DNA from: an uncultured Candidatus Marinamargulisbacteria bacterium
GTDB taxonomy: Bacteria > Margulisbacteria > Riflemargulisbacteria > GWF2-35-9 > DYQY01
Direction: 5' to 3'
Assembly: GCA_964429235.1 (NCBI GenBank)
Contig: CAYSAQ010000002.1
Coordinates: 139,571 to 203,570, forward strand
DNA length: 64,000 nucleotides
Part shown: positions 19,839 through 29,558 of the stretch, one piece after another
Position numbering within the stretch: position 1 is the stretch's first letter
How the letters are laid out: each line of letters begins with the position of its first letter
The notes under the pieces: model-generated
The model's database searches: none
The model's input: only the letters and a program-made list of their open reading frames with translations
What the model was told of the DNA's origin: nothing
Made by a program: the position numbers and the translations under genes

Positions 19839-21036
19839 TGTTATTTATTACCTTTCTAACTAAAAGACTGTCTATTTGATCTGTTTTCAACATCATCGAT
19901 ATCTGGTATCCATTGTGCGCTACCTCTGTTGGGATCCCTGTTTTAGTATCTATCATTTCAGCTATCTTCACTTCAATATCTGCATTAATATCAGGTGAGA
20001 TTATTGTTATATTATCACCTGTTTCGATCTTATCCCTTACCTCTATTGTTAATTTCTGACCATCCGAGCTAGCTACTCCAACCATTTTAGCTTTTTTAAT
20101 ATAGCCGGATGAATCAAAATTGAAACGACCCTTTTCTCCATCATAAAACCCAGTGCTATAATCCCTATGAGAAACTAATTCAAGCTCCTCAAGACATCTT
20201 TCTCTTACAATGTCAGAATCACTAGCATCAATCATCGCTCGATAGGACCTTACAACATTTGCGACATAGTAACTTGTCTTATTTCTTCCTTCTATTTTTA
20301 ACGAACTAATCCCCATATCCACGATTTCTTTTACATAATTAATCAAACACATATCTTTGGAATTCATTATATGAACGCCTGCATCTGTTTCTTCTATTTC
20401 AATATCTGCTCTTAGGTCGTCTCTCTTCAAGTCATAGCTCCACCTACAAGGCTGTGCGCATTCACCTCTATTAGCATCTCTTCCAAGGAAATAATTGCTC
20501 AAGTGACATCTGCCTGAATAGCTCATGCACATTGCGCCATGTACAAACATTTCCAGTTCTATATCTGTCTTCTCTAATAGGTCTTTAGTTTCTTCTCTTG
20601 TAAGCTCTCTAGCTAATATTACCCTGCTTACACCCTGTGTTTTCCAGAAATTAATAGCTTCTATATTAAGTGTATTTGCTTGTGTAGATAAGTGATATTC
20701 TGCATCAGGAAAAGCTTCTTTTAATACGAAAAAAATTCCCAAATCAGAAACAATAAAAGCATCTGTTCCTATCTCTCTAATTTCTTCTATTCTAGATTTT
20801 AATTGCTCAATATCTTCTTGATGTGCGAATAAGTTCATAGCTAAATAATGTTTCTTGCCCATAGAATGTGCCAATTCTACTGCTCGTTTTAACTCATCTA
20901 TACTGGATTCTGCTTTCTTAGTTCTTCTTAAAGAAAGACCTTCAAGCCCTTGATATATAGCATCTGCACCATACTTTAAAGCGAAATATGCGTTTTCATA
21001 ATTGCCTGCTGGTGCTAATAATTCTGGCTTATTCAT
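19828..21036 (-). CDS. Peptidase U32 family protein (YegQ/RlhA/TrhP-like RNA-hydroxylase family).
   Basis: N-terminus PELLAPAGNYENAYFALKYGADAIY and the conserved Cys cluster (CMSYSGRCHLS, ECAQPCR) typical of U32. Confidence 0.75.
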   Translation of the reverse strand: MNKPELLAPAGNYENAYFALKYGADAIYQGLEGLSLRRTKKAESSIDELKRAVELAHSMGKKHYLAMNLFAHQEDIEQLKSRIEEIREIGTDAFIVSDLGIFFVLKEAFPDAEYHLSTQANTLNIEAINFWKTQGVSRVILARELTREETKDLLEKTDIELEMFVHGAMCMSYSGRCHLSNYFLGRDANRGECAQPCRWSYDLKRDDLRADIEIEETDAGVHIMNSKDMCLINYVKEIVDMGISSLKIEGRNKTSYYVANVVRSYRAMIDASDSDIVRERCLEELELVSHRDYSTGFYDGEKGRFNFDSSGYIKKAKMVGVASSDGQKLTIEVRDKIETGDNITIISPDINADIEVKIAEMIDTKTGIPTEVAHNGYQISMMLKTDQIDSLLVRKVINNNET

Positions 21037-21130
21037 AAGCCTATTATCCTGTGTTTTTAGTATTTAGGAAAGTTATACAATAAAAGGACCGACACAGCGG
21101 GGTTTGAGGGTATGCAAACGAGACGTGTGT

Positions 21131-21568
21131 CTATCCTTCTTTTACTTGCGTTAGCTGTGCTTTTAGAACAGCTATTTCAGACTCATTCTTTTCATTTCCA
21201 GCTAAAGAAGCTTCATGTCTCTGTTGCTGTTCTAGTTTTTCTATCTGCTGCTGCAGGCCAGCTCGTTTTGCTTCACAGACATTGAATTTTGCCCAATCTT
21301 CTCTATATTCTTCCATTGCATCTGCCAGTTGACCGTGAATCGATTTGTGCTCATCATCATCTCCTTGCTCTGAAAATTCGTTTTCGGCCCATCTAAACAA
21401 AACATCTCTTAATTGATCTGTTTGTATTTCCTTTAACTCCCCCAGGGTTGCCTCATCTCCTGCTAGCATTGCAGCTCCAAGAAACTGGTTTCCCGAAACA
21501 GCTATATTATCAAAAGAACCGTTGATTGCTCCCGTAATATTAGATTCAGAATTAAATGTAACTTCCAT
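21131..21568 (-). CDS. Hypothetical acidic coiled-coil protein, 145 aa.
   Basis: ORF with somewhat higher local GC. No recognisable domain. Confidence 0.4.
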   Translation of the reverse strand: MEVTFNSESNITGAINGSFDNIAVSGNQFLGAAMLAGDEATLGELKEIQTDQLRDVLFRWAENEFSEQGDDDEHKSIHGQLADAMEEYREDWAKFNVCEAKRAGLQQQIEKLEQQQRHEASLAGNEKNESEIAVLKAQLTQVKEG

Positions 21569-21674
21569 TATTACCCCCGTGTATAAACTAATACGCGTAT
21601 TTTAGGTTAATTGTTGCATGAAATATTTATGTTTTATCTTTGCTCCTATATAAATTTAGCGGTAATATGCTCTT

Positions 21675-22400
21675 ATGAAAACATCTGAAGACCTTTATGA
21701 AAAAAATCGAAAACTTACTGGTTTTGAACAATCAAAATTAACAAAAGCCAGCGTGCTTATTATTGGTGCTGGTGGGCTTGGTTCTCCTGCTGCATATTAT
21801 CTTGCATCATCGGGAGTAGGAACCCTTGGTATTGTTGACTTTGATAAGGTTTCTGTCTCAAATTTACAACGACAAATTTTGCATTCTACAGAATCTCTTG
21901 GAAAACTAAAAACTGAGTCTGCACAAAAAACTCTAAACAATCTGAATCCGTTTATTAATATAAAAGCTTATAATGTAAAACTAGACAAACAAGCTGCTTT
22001 AGAGCTTTTTCCTTGTTATGATATTGTTCTTGATTGTACTGATAATTTTGAAACCAAATTTTTAATTAACGATAGCTGTGTTGAACTCAATAAACCACTA
22101 GTTCATGCTGGAATTACTGAATATGAAGGGCAAATAATGACAATTCTTCCCTATAAAACAGCTTGTTACCGTTGTGTGTTTAAAGAAGCTCCTAGTATCG
22201 GAAATTACCATCTTAAAAAGGGAATCTTTGCACCCACTGCTGGTATCATTGGTAGCCTACAGGCTTCAGAAGTTTTAAAATTAATTACCGGTATTGGGGA
22301 CCCCTTATATAATCAGCTTCTTACCTATAAAGCGCACACACAAACATTCAGGAAAATTCCTGTTAATAAAGATTCAAGCTGTTCTAGTTGTGTACATTAA
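21675..22400 (+). CDS. thiF: ThiF/MoeB-family E1-like adenylyltransferase.
   Basis: GAGGLGSP nucleotide-binding motif. C-terminal CxxC...CxxC. Located upstream of thiG/H/S. Confidence 0.8.
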   Translation: MKTSEDLYEKNRKLTGFEQSKLTKASVLIIGAGGLGSPAAYYLASSGVGTLGIVDFDKVSVSNLQRQILHSTESLGKLKTESAQKTLNNLNPFINIKAYNVKLDKQAALELFPCYDIVLDCTDNFETKFLINDSCVELNKPLVHAGITEYEGQIMTILPYKTACYRCVFKEAPSIGNYHLKKGIFAPTAGIIGSLQASEVLKLITGIGDPLYNQLLTYKAHTQTFRKIPVNKDSSCSSCVH

Positions 22401-22471
22401 TTATATTGTTTTATTGATTTATAAATTTCTCTAACTTATACTTTAGCTAAATCAATTTAAGGGGATATATT

Positions 22472-22831
22472 ATGCTTAAAAAATTTATACCATTTCTGCT
22501 ACTTACACTTTTTCTTCTTACTGGCTGTGCTGTAGATAAAGTTGTTAGCGTTCCAAAGGGTAATCCAGCTGTTCTCTTCATGCAAACTGTTTCAATAATA
22601 AAACAAAAGTTGCCTTCTGCTCGCACAGAAGTAGATGTTCTTGCAAAAAAGCTTACAATTTCTCCTAATAACATCGACTACCCAGCCTCTGTCTGTTTAA
22701 CTTTTACTAAAAATGAAGCTAATGCAGATATTAGTATAATTTCTGAAGAAGCTTCTGAGTTACAAGTAGCTAATCTGCAAAAACTATTAATAGATGCTTT
22801 TATTATAAAAAATAAGAATCCGAACTCTTAA
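22472..22831 (+). CDS. Small lipoprotein of unknown function inserted in the thi cluster.
   Basis: Signal peptide with lipobox LLTGC. Confidence 0.5.
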   Translation: MLKKFIPFLLLTLFLLTGCAVDKVVSVPKGNPAVLFMQTVSIIKQKLPSARTEVDVLAKKLTISPNNIDYPASVCLTFTKNEANADISIISEEASELQVANLQKLLIDAFIIKNKNPNS

Positions 22832-22857
22832 AAAAATTATCTGCTATACTTATCGCT

Positions 22858-23628
22858 ATGGTAAAAGATGTTCTAAAAATAGCAGATAAAACTTTTTCTT
22901 CCAGACTATTTATTGGTACTGGTAAGTTTTCTTCACCTATTATTATGCAAAAAGCTATTGAAGCTTCGGCTTCTGAATTAGTTACTGTTGCTTTAAGAAG
23001 GGTTAACTTAGAAGATCCCAAAGATCACATCTTAAATCACTTAACTTTAGATAAATATCATTTGCTTCCTAACACTGCTGGGGCTCAAAATGCAGAAGAA
23101 GCGGTAAGGCTTGCAAGACTTGCTAGGGCTGCTGGATATACAAACTGGGTGAAACTAGAGGTAACGCCCGAACCAAGGCATCTTCTGCCTGATGGAGAAG
23201 AAACGCTAAGGGCTACTGAAATTCTAGTAAAAGAAGGGTTTGTTGTTCTTCCTTATATGCAAGCTGATCCTGTTTTAGCAAAAAAACTAGAAGAGGCCGG
23301 TGCAGCTACTGTTATGCCGCTCGCTGCTCCTATAGGCTCAAATAAAGGACTTAAAACAAAAGAACTTATTCAGATTATTATTGAAAACTCCAAGATTCCA
23401 GTTATTGTGGATGCCGGGCTTGGTGCTCCTTCTCATGCTGCTGAAGCAATGGAGATGGGTGCTGATGCAGTTTTGGTAAACACCGCCATTGCAATTGCTT
23501 CTGATCCAATCATGATTGCTTCTGCTTTCAGAAAAGCTACAGAAGCAGGTAGGGAAGGTTATCTTGCAGGATTACCTGCAGAATCTGATGGCGAAGCCTC
23601 CAGTCCTCTGGACTGGCTAATTTCTTAA
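22858..23628 (+). CDS. thiG: Thiazole synthase ThiG.
   Basis: [19 protein letters not shown]-terminus. Length 256 aa. Confidence 0.9.
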   Translation: MVKDVLKIADKTFSSRLFIGTGKFSSPIIMQKAIEASASELVTVALRRVNLEDPKDHILNHLTLDKYHLLPNTAGAQNAEEAVRLARLARAAGYTNWVKLEVTPEPRHLLPDGEETLRATEILVKEGFVVLPYMQADPVLAKKLEEAGAATVMPLAAPIGSNKGLKTKELIQIIIENSKIPVIVDAGLGAPSHAAEAMEMGADAVLVNTAIAIASDPIMIASAFRKATEAGREGYLAGLPAESDGEASSPLDWLIS

Positions 23629-23677
23629 CTTATATTTATTCTTTATTCTTTGACGTTTAAGTATTAAACTTCTCTCT

Positions 23678-24682
23678 ATGAACAAAATTGCTGAACTAAT
23701 TAAACCTTCTGTTGATCTAAATCAACTTGCTTTAAAAGCTAAAAAACTAACTAAACAACATTTCGGCAATACTATTCAGCTTTATATACCGCTATATCTA
23801 TCAAATGAATGCTGCAACTCTTGTAAATACTGTGGCTTTAATAAGGACCAAAATATCGTAAGACAAACTTTGTCTCTTAAAGAAGCTGTTGTGCAGCTTA
23901 AACTGATTAAAGAAAAGGGTTTTGATAATATATTACTTCTTACTGGTGAGCACAAAAGTCGGGCCGGTGTAGACTATTTGGCTCCTATAATTAACGAAGC
24001 ACAAAAAATGTTCTCTTATGTTTCATTAGAAATATTTCCAGGAAGTGAAGATGACTATAAAAAACTTATCGAAGCTGGTGCTACGGGACTTACCCTGTAC
24101 CAAGAAACCTATAACCGCGATATATATAAAGAGATGCATCCAGCAGGACCTAAAAGCGATTTTGACTTTAGGCTAACTGCTCCAGAAAACGGACTCAAAG
24201 CTGGTATGAGAAAAATAGGACTTGGCGCGCTTATTGGACTTAATGACTGGAGAGAAGAGGCTATTGCCCTTGGTGCTCATCTAGAAAACTTAATGAAAAC
24301 TTATTGGCGTGCTGATTTTTCAGTATCCTTTCCAAGGATTAGTGCTGCGCCTGATGGGTTAACTATTTATCCAATATCAGATAAAGACTTCGTTCAATTG
24401 ATTTTAGCTTTTAGAGTTGCTTTCCCTAAGGTAGGAATTATTCTATCTACAAGGGAAAATGCTGAACTTCGTGACAACTTATTAGGGCTTGGTGTTACTC
24501 AAATCAGCGCTGAGTCTAAAACAAACCCTGGTGGATACTCTGATACCGAGGCTGATGAACAATTCGAAGTTCATGACAATAGGTCATTAGAAGACATCTT
24601 ATCAGTACTAGAGGCTAAAGGTTTTGATCCAGTAATAAAAGATTGGTCTCCTGTTTTTAATAAGGTAAAAAAAATTCTATGA
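23678..24682 (+). CDS. thiH: 2-iminoacetate synthase ThiH (radical SAM).
   Basis: CCNSCKYC cluster motif. Lies between thiG and thiS. Confidence 0.75.
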   Translation: MNKIAELIKPSVDLNQLALKAKKLTKQHFGNTIQLYIPLYLSNECCNSCKYCGFNKDQNIVRQTLSLKEAVVQLKLIKEKGFDNILLLTGEHKSRAGVDYLAPIINEAQKMFSYVSLEIFPGSEDDYKKLIEAGATGLTLYQETYNRDIYKEMHPAGPKSDFDFRLTAPENGLKAGMRKIGLGALIGLNDWREEAIALGAHLENLMKTYWRADFSVSFPRISAAPDGLTIYPISDKDFVQLILAFRVAFPKVGIILSTRENAELRDNLLGLGVTQISAESKTNPGGYSDTEADEQFEVHDNRSLEDILSVLEAKGFDPVIKDWSPVFNKVKKIL

Positions 24683-24879
24683 ATATTATTATTAATGGTA
24701 AAGAAAAAGAAGTTATCAACAATTCTAATGTACATAGTTTATTAACTACTCTGGGTATAGAACCTGGAGCTATTATTATTGAAAAAAACTTGACCTTTTT
24801 AGATAAAAAAGATTACAAAAATAACATATTAAAAAATGGCGATAAGTTAGAAATCATAAGGTTTATGGGCGGTGGCTAG
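24679..24879 (+). CDS. thiS: Sulfur-carrier protein ThiS.
   Basis: 66 aa ending in GG. Overlaps the thiH stop. Confidence 0.8.
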   Translation: MNIIINGKEKEVINNSNVHSLLTTLGIEPGAIIIEKNLTFLDKKDYKNNILKNGDKLEIIRFMGGG

Positions 24880-24961
24880 CTTTTCCGTTCTTACATTTTT
24901 GTACTTACATATTTAATCTATAGTTTCTGCGTTGCCAAAAAAAAAAATCTTTGTTACGATA

Positions 24962-24985
24962 CTTATCAACAATGAGTTATCCACA
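24962..24985. promoter_or_regulatory. DnaA boxes immediately upstream of the dnaA start: TTATCCACA (perfect, 24977..24985) and TTATCAACA (24962..24970).
   Basis: 9-mers read directly from the sequence. Established DnaA-box consensus TTATCCACA. Confidence 0.7.
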
Positions 24986-24995
24986 AGTAAATAAC

Positions 24996-26375
24996 ATGGC
25001 TATAAGCATCATAGATGTATGGGAAAAAGTTGATGGCTCCCTTCAGGAAAAGCTGGGCAAAATTTCCTATTCAACATTTCAAAAGGCCGTTAAGCCAATA
25101 TCTTTTTTAAATAATGCACTTGTATTGGGTGTTCCTAATAATTTTATGAAAAAATGGGTTAATGATAAGTGTGATTTTTATATAAAACAATCGGTATTAC
25201 AAAACTTTGATATGAACATTATTATTGAATTAACAATAAATGATCAAATGTATCAGCAAATAGAAGAAGACACGAGAGAAGACGTCGCTATTTCTGAACA
25301 AAGTGTTTCTTCGTCACATCGTCAAGTTTTTGACATTCAACCTCAAGCCTCTGCATATATGTTAAACCCTAAATATACTTTCGACTCTTATGTTGTTGGA
25401 CAGAGTAATAGATTTAGTCATGCTGCTTCACTTGCTGTTTCAAAGGCACCTGGTAAAGCATATAACCCTTTCTTTATTTATGGAGGTGTCGGGCTTGGCA
25501 AAACTCACCTTATGCATGCTATTGGTCATAAAGTAAAAGATATTCATCCTTATTTGAAGGTTATTTATATAACTGCTGAAGAATTTACCAATGATTTAAT
25601 AGGTTCACTTCAAAAAGGTAAAATTATGGAGTTTAGGGAAAGATATCGTAATATAGATCTCTTAATGGTTGATGATATTCAGTTTATTGCTGGTAAAGAA
25701 AAAACAGAAGAAGAATTCTTTCATACTTTCAACTATTTATACCAACTTAATAAACAAATTATTCTTACTTCTGATAGATTACCAAAAGACATCCCTTCAA
25801 TTCAAGATAGGCTTAAATCTAGATTTGAATGGGGACTCTCTGCAGATATCCAAGCTCCAGATTTAGAAACTAGAATGGCAATCTTGTATAAAAAACTAGA
25901 ACCTGAGTTCCAGAATATTCCTCAAGATGTTATTTACTATATTGCTTCTCAAATTCCTGGTAATGTAAGGGAATTAGAAGGTGCTTTAATAAAAATTATT
26001 GCTTATTCTTCACTAATTAACCAAGAAATAAATATTAATTTAGCTAAAGATGTTATTAAAGATATTGTTAAAAAAAATAACAAAAAACCAATATCTATTT
26101 CTAAAATAAAAAAAGCTGTATCTGAGTATTATGATATTGAATATGAAAACCTATCAGCTAAAATTAGAACTAAAGAAATTGCGCATGCTAGACAAGTTGC
26201 TATGTATTTATGTAGAGATCTTACTAATTTTTCTTTGCCTAAGATAGGGGAAAAATTTGGTGGTAGAGATCACACTACCGTAATGCATGCTTGTGATAAA
26301 ATTAGGACTGAAATTAAAAAGAATCATGATTTAAAAAGTGCTTTAAATCAAATTAAAACTACTCTTATAGATTAA
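24996..26375 (+). CDS. dnaA: Chromosomal replication initiator DnaA. The start is placed at the ATG at 24996, downstream of the DnaA boxes, rather than at the ORF-track start of 24951.
   Basis: Walker A GGVGLGKTHL. DnaA signature domain IV. Followed by dnaN. Confidence 0.9.
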   Translation: MAISIIDVWEKVDGSLQEKLGKISYSTFQKAVKPISFLNNALVLGVPNNFMKKWVNDKCDFYIKQSVLQNFDMNIIIELTINDQMYQQIEEDTREDVAISEQSVSSSHRQVFDIQPQASAYMLNPKYTFDSYVVGQSNRFSHAASLAVSKAPGKAYNPFFIYGGVGLGKTHLMHAIGHKVKDIHPYLKVIYITAEEFTNDLIGSLQKGKIMEFRERYRNIDLLMVDDIQFIAGKEKTEEEFFHTFNYLYQLNKQIILTSDRLPKDIPSIQDRLKSRFEWGLSADIQAPDLETRMAILYKKLEPEFQNIPQDVIYYIASQIPGNVRELEGALIKIIAYSSLINQEININLAKDVIKDIVKKNNKKPISISKIKKAVSEYYDIEYENLSAKIRTKEIAHARQVAMYLCRDLTNFSLPKIGEKFGGRDHTTVMHACDKIRTEIKKNHDLKSALNQIKTTLID

Positions 26376-26595
26376 ATTAACCTGTGTATAATAATGTGGA
26401 TAAACTATTAATATAATCTGTATAAAAGTAAAATATATAAAAATGAGATATAATTGTTATTAACTTTGTATATCTCCTAGATAGAATGTGGAGAGAATTT
26501 ATAGATAGGTATCAAGAATTTTTAACTTATACCACATACTAACAGCTATGAGTATGAGTAGTTGAATTTTAAATAAGCAATAAGGAGTACTAATA
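26376..26595. promoter_or_regulatory. Probable oriC: an AT-rich dnaA-dnaN intergenic region with DnaA-box-like 9-mers.
   Basis: TGTGGATAA at 26395..26403 (perfect reverse complement of TTATCCACA). TGTGTATAA at 26383..26391. Further degenerate copies. Very AT-rich. Confidence 0.6.
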
Positions 26596-27708
26596 ATGAA
26601 CATAACTTGTGAAAAAAACAAACTTTTAAAGATCTTATCAATCAGCATGAATTCAGTAAGCGAAAGAACAACTGTAGAAGCACTTAAATGCTTTAAGGTT
26701 GAAGCTAAAAGCAATTTATTAATGATTACTACAAATAACTTAAAGACAAATATTATTTGTTCATTAGATGCCAGTGTTGATTCTGAAGGTGTTACATTAG
26801 TACATGCAAGAACATTTTATAATATTATAAGTAAACTTCCATCTGAAGAAGTATCAATGTATTTAAGTGATAATAATACCTTACTTATTACAAGTGGTGA
26901 GTCTACTTTTAATATATTTACTGCAAATCCAGATGAGTTTCCTGAAAATATGGTTATTGATGAATATAAAGAAATTAAGCTTAGTAAAGATATGTTTAAG
27001 GATATGGTAAGAAGAGTTGCTTTTGCTGCTTCAGAAGAAGAAGAGAAAGTAATTTTAAATGGAGTATTAGTAGAAATAGATAGTGAAAATAATAAAATGG
27101 TATTTGTTGCAGCTGATGGTTATAGATTAGCGAAAGATAATATAAAATTTGAGGGAGATGATTCTTATAAAGTAATTATTCCAATAAAAACTATTAAAGA
27201 AATAATTTCAGTATTTTCAGTAAAAGATATTGAAGATATAAAAATAAGATTAAGTGAAGATAAAATTTTATTTATATTAGATGATATCCAAATGTATTCA
27301 AGAGTAATAAATGGTCAATTTCCTGATTATAATTTATTAATACCAAGTGAAAAGAATTTAGATATTAAGATTAAAAGAAAAGAATTTTTATCAGCATGTG
27401 AAAGAATAAATATTATTGCTCAAAGAAATTCATATATGGTTAAGATAGAGATAATTAATAACGCATTAGTTATTTCATCAGTAACTCCAGATTTTGGTGA
27501 TGGAAGTGAAAAACTAAAAATAAAAGTAGAAGGTGATACTACAATAAGTGTAGTTTTTAATGTAAAACTAATGATGGATGTTTTAAAAAGTTTAGAAAGT
27601 GATGATATAAATATAGAAATAATTAATGATGAAAAGCCATTAATTATCAAAGAAAGCACAAATCAGGATTATATTTATATTATGATGCCTATAAAAGTTA
27701 AGAGATAA
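26596..27708 (+). CDS. dnaN: DNA polymerase III beta sliding clamp.
   Basis: 370 aa in the conserved position after dnaA. MNITCEK...LLK N-terminus typical of the beta clamp. Confidence 0.85.
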   Translation: MNITCEKNKLLKILSISMNSVSERTTVEALKCFKVEAKSNLLMITTNNLKTNIICSLDASVDSEGVTLVHARTFYNIISKLPSEEVSMYLSDNNTLLITSGESTFNIFTANPDEFPENMVIDEYKEIKLSKDMFKDMVRRVAFAASEEEEKVILNGVLVEIDSENNKMVFVAADGYRLAKDNIKFEGDDSYKVIIPIKTIKEIISVFSVKDIEDIKIRLSEDKILFILDDIQMYSRVINGQFPDYNLLIPSEKNLDIKIKRKEFLSACERINIIAQRNSYMVKIEIINNALVISSVTPDFGDGSEKLKIKVEGDTTISVVFNVKLMMDVLKSLESDDINIEIINDEKPLIIKESTNQDYIYIMMPIKVKR

Positions 27709-28727
27709 TGCTCCTCGAGAGTATTTACTTATATAATTTTAGAAATCATTTAGATCAAAAATTTACTTTTAATTCTTTAAATAATTTAATTATAGCTTCT
27801 AATGGTTGCGGAAAAAGTAACTTAATAGAGGCTATTAATTTTTTTTCTATAGCAAGATCTTTTAAGACAAATGTAAATAGAGAAGTAGTGAGTTTTGGAA
27901 ACAAAGAAGCTTCTTTAATTGGCGAAATTAAAAACCAAAGAAAAAGTAAATTAAAGATTATTTTCAAAGAAGACGGATCAAAAAAAATAATAGTAGATAA
28001 TAATGTTTTAAAAAAAAGTTCAGATTTATTAAAAGAATTTACAACAATATTAATTTCACCTAATGATATTTCAATAATAGAAGGATCACCTAGTATTAGA
28101 AGAAAGTATTTAGATACTATTTTATTTAAAATAGATGATGGCTATATGGAATTAATGAAGAGATATAAAAAGGTAGTAGATATAAAAAGAAAGTTATATA
28201 AAGAAAAAATAATAAATGAAACACTATTGTCAATTTATCAAGAGAAATTAGAGAAAGATAATAAACAAATAGTAATAAAAAGAGAAAAACTCTTAAAAGA
28301 ATTAACAAAAGAAGCAAATGCTTATTTAAAAAAGTATTATCCTAAGGTTGGTGAAATTAATATCAATTATAATAATACCTTTTTAAATTTAGATTTAGAA
28401 AGGGAAATAAGATACCATGAATGTTTATATGGATCACATAGAGATGATCTGGAAATAAGTTTAAATAAAGAGATTTGTAAGAAGTTTAGCTCAACAGGAG
28501 AAAAAAGATTAGTAAGTTTATTATTAAAAATAAGCGAAAAAGAGATATTTAATAAAACATCTAATATTAAACCAGTAATATTAATAGATGATGCTTTTTT
28601 AGGCTTAGATGACGAAAGACAAAGAATAATTTATGATTTAATTGATAATGATCATCAGAAAATCATGACAGCAACAGATGATAAACATATAGATTTAATA
28701 AAACAACCAAACGTAATAAGGATATAG
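27708..28727 (+). CDS. recF: DNA replication and repair protein RecF.
   Basis: Walker A NGCGKSNLIEAI. Conserved position. Confidence 0.85.
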   Translation: MLLESIYLYNFRNHLDQKFTFNSLNNLIIASNGCGKSNLIEAINFFSIARSFKTNVNREVVSFGNKEASLIGEIKNQRKSKLKIIFKEDGSKKIIVDNNVLKKSSDLLKEFTTILISPNDISIIEGSPSIRRKYLDTILFKIDDGYMELMKRYKKVVDIKRKLYKEKIINETLLSIYQEKLEKDNKQIVIKREKLLKELTKEANAYLKKYYPKVGEININYNNTFLNLDLEREIRYHECLYGSHRDDLEISLNKEICKKFSSTGEKRLVSLLLKISEKEIFNKTSNIKPVILIDDAFLGLDDERQRIIYDLIDNDHQKIMTATDDKHIDLIKQPNVIRI

Positions 28728-28728
28728 A

Positions 28729-29547
28729 GTGCAACATTTAAAAGAAATACTGTGGAACTTTCAAAATAAGAATATTAAAGAAAGTATGAAAATAAAAACT
28801 ATTTATCAGGAAGTAGTAAATAAAAATATAGTAGCAGTAACAAGTGATATCGTTTATAAAAACAGAACATTGACCATTTATGTAAAAGATACGGCATGGG
28901 CCGCCCAGCTGATGCAGTATAAACATAAAATATTAAAAAGAATAAAAGGAATAGTAAAAGACATCAAAGAAGTAAAAATAAAAGTATCTTTTGAAGGACA
29001 AGAGGAGAATGAGTCTGAACAAGAACAGATAAAAAGCAGACGAATAAAAAAAGACATGACCGGGCTAATAAATGAAATAAATAATTGTGACGATAAATAT
29101 AGAGATAAAGTAAAAAGTATAATATTAAAGTCAGCTAAAGAGTATGAACATGTTTGTGGAGCTTGCGGCAGTCCAATATTATCAAAGAAAAGCAATTTTT
29201 GTGCATTATGTATTCATAGAAACAAAGCATCAAAAGTGGATAAGGTGAAAGAGATACTAGAGCATACTCCATGGTTAAGGTATGAAGATATAGAGCCAGA
29301 GCAGAGAAATAGCTTCGATTACACAGCTTATATGCAAGAAAAGAAATTTAAAATTAACCGAATTCGTGATATTATTACAAATGAGTATTTTGATATTAAA
29401 AAAAATGAAAAATCGAATTTAGAGGTATTTAAAACCAAAATAGAGGAATTGGTTATTTTAAAACTAAGCATTGAGCCCTCAGGACTGACGGAACAGAGCA
29501 TAGAAAACAATATTCCAAAAAAATGGCTTAAAGTATATAAAAGTTAA
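28729..29547 (+). CDS. DUF721-like protein in the recF-gyrB position, with a C4 zinc-ribbon-like motif.
   Basis: Position between recF and gyrB, as for DUF721/YaaA-like genes. Contains CGACGSP...CALC. Confidence 0.45.
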   Translation: MQHLKEILWNFQNKNIKESMKIKTIYQEVVNKNIVAVTSDIVYKNRTLTIYVKDTAWAAQLMQYKHKILKRIKGIVKDIKEVKIKVSFEGQEENESEQEQIKSRRIKKDMTGLINEINNCDDKYRDKVKSIILKSAKEYEHVCGACGSPILSKKSNFCALCIHRNKASKVDKVKEILEHTPWLRYEDIEPEQRNSFDYTAYMQEKKFKINRIRDIITNEYFDIKKNEKSNLEVFKTKIEELVILKLSIEPSGLTEQSIENNIPKKWLKVYKS

Positions 29548-29558
29548 GGAGATAATGA

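Noticed and set aside
21037-21130. Locally GC-rich stretch GACACAGCGGGGTTTGAGGGTATGCAAACGAGACGTGTGTC between the U32 gene start and the upstream minus-strand ORF, considered as a riboswitch or sRNA.
   Set aside because: Only a short imperfect inverted repeat (GACACA/TGTGTC) with a long loop. No recognisable riboswitch core. It is more likely a weak terminator or promoter spacer.
24951-24995. The ORF-track N-terminal extension of dnaA (MLRYLSTMSYPQVNNM...).
   Set aside because: This segment contains the DnaA boxes (TTATCAACA, TTATCCACA). The ATG at 24996 gives a DnaA N-terminus consistent with orthologues, so the extension is probably untranslated regulatory DNA.
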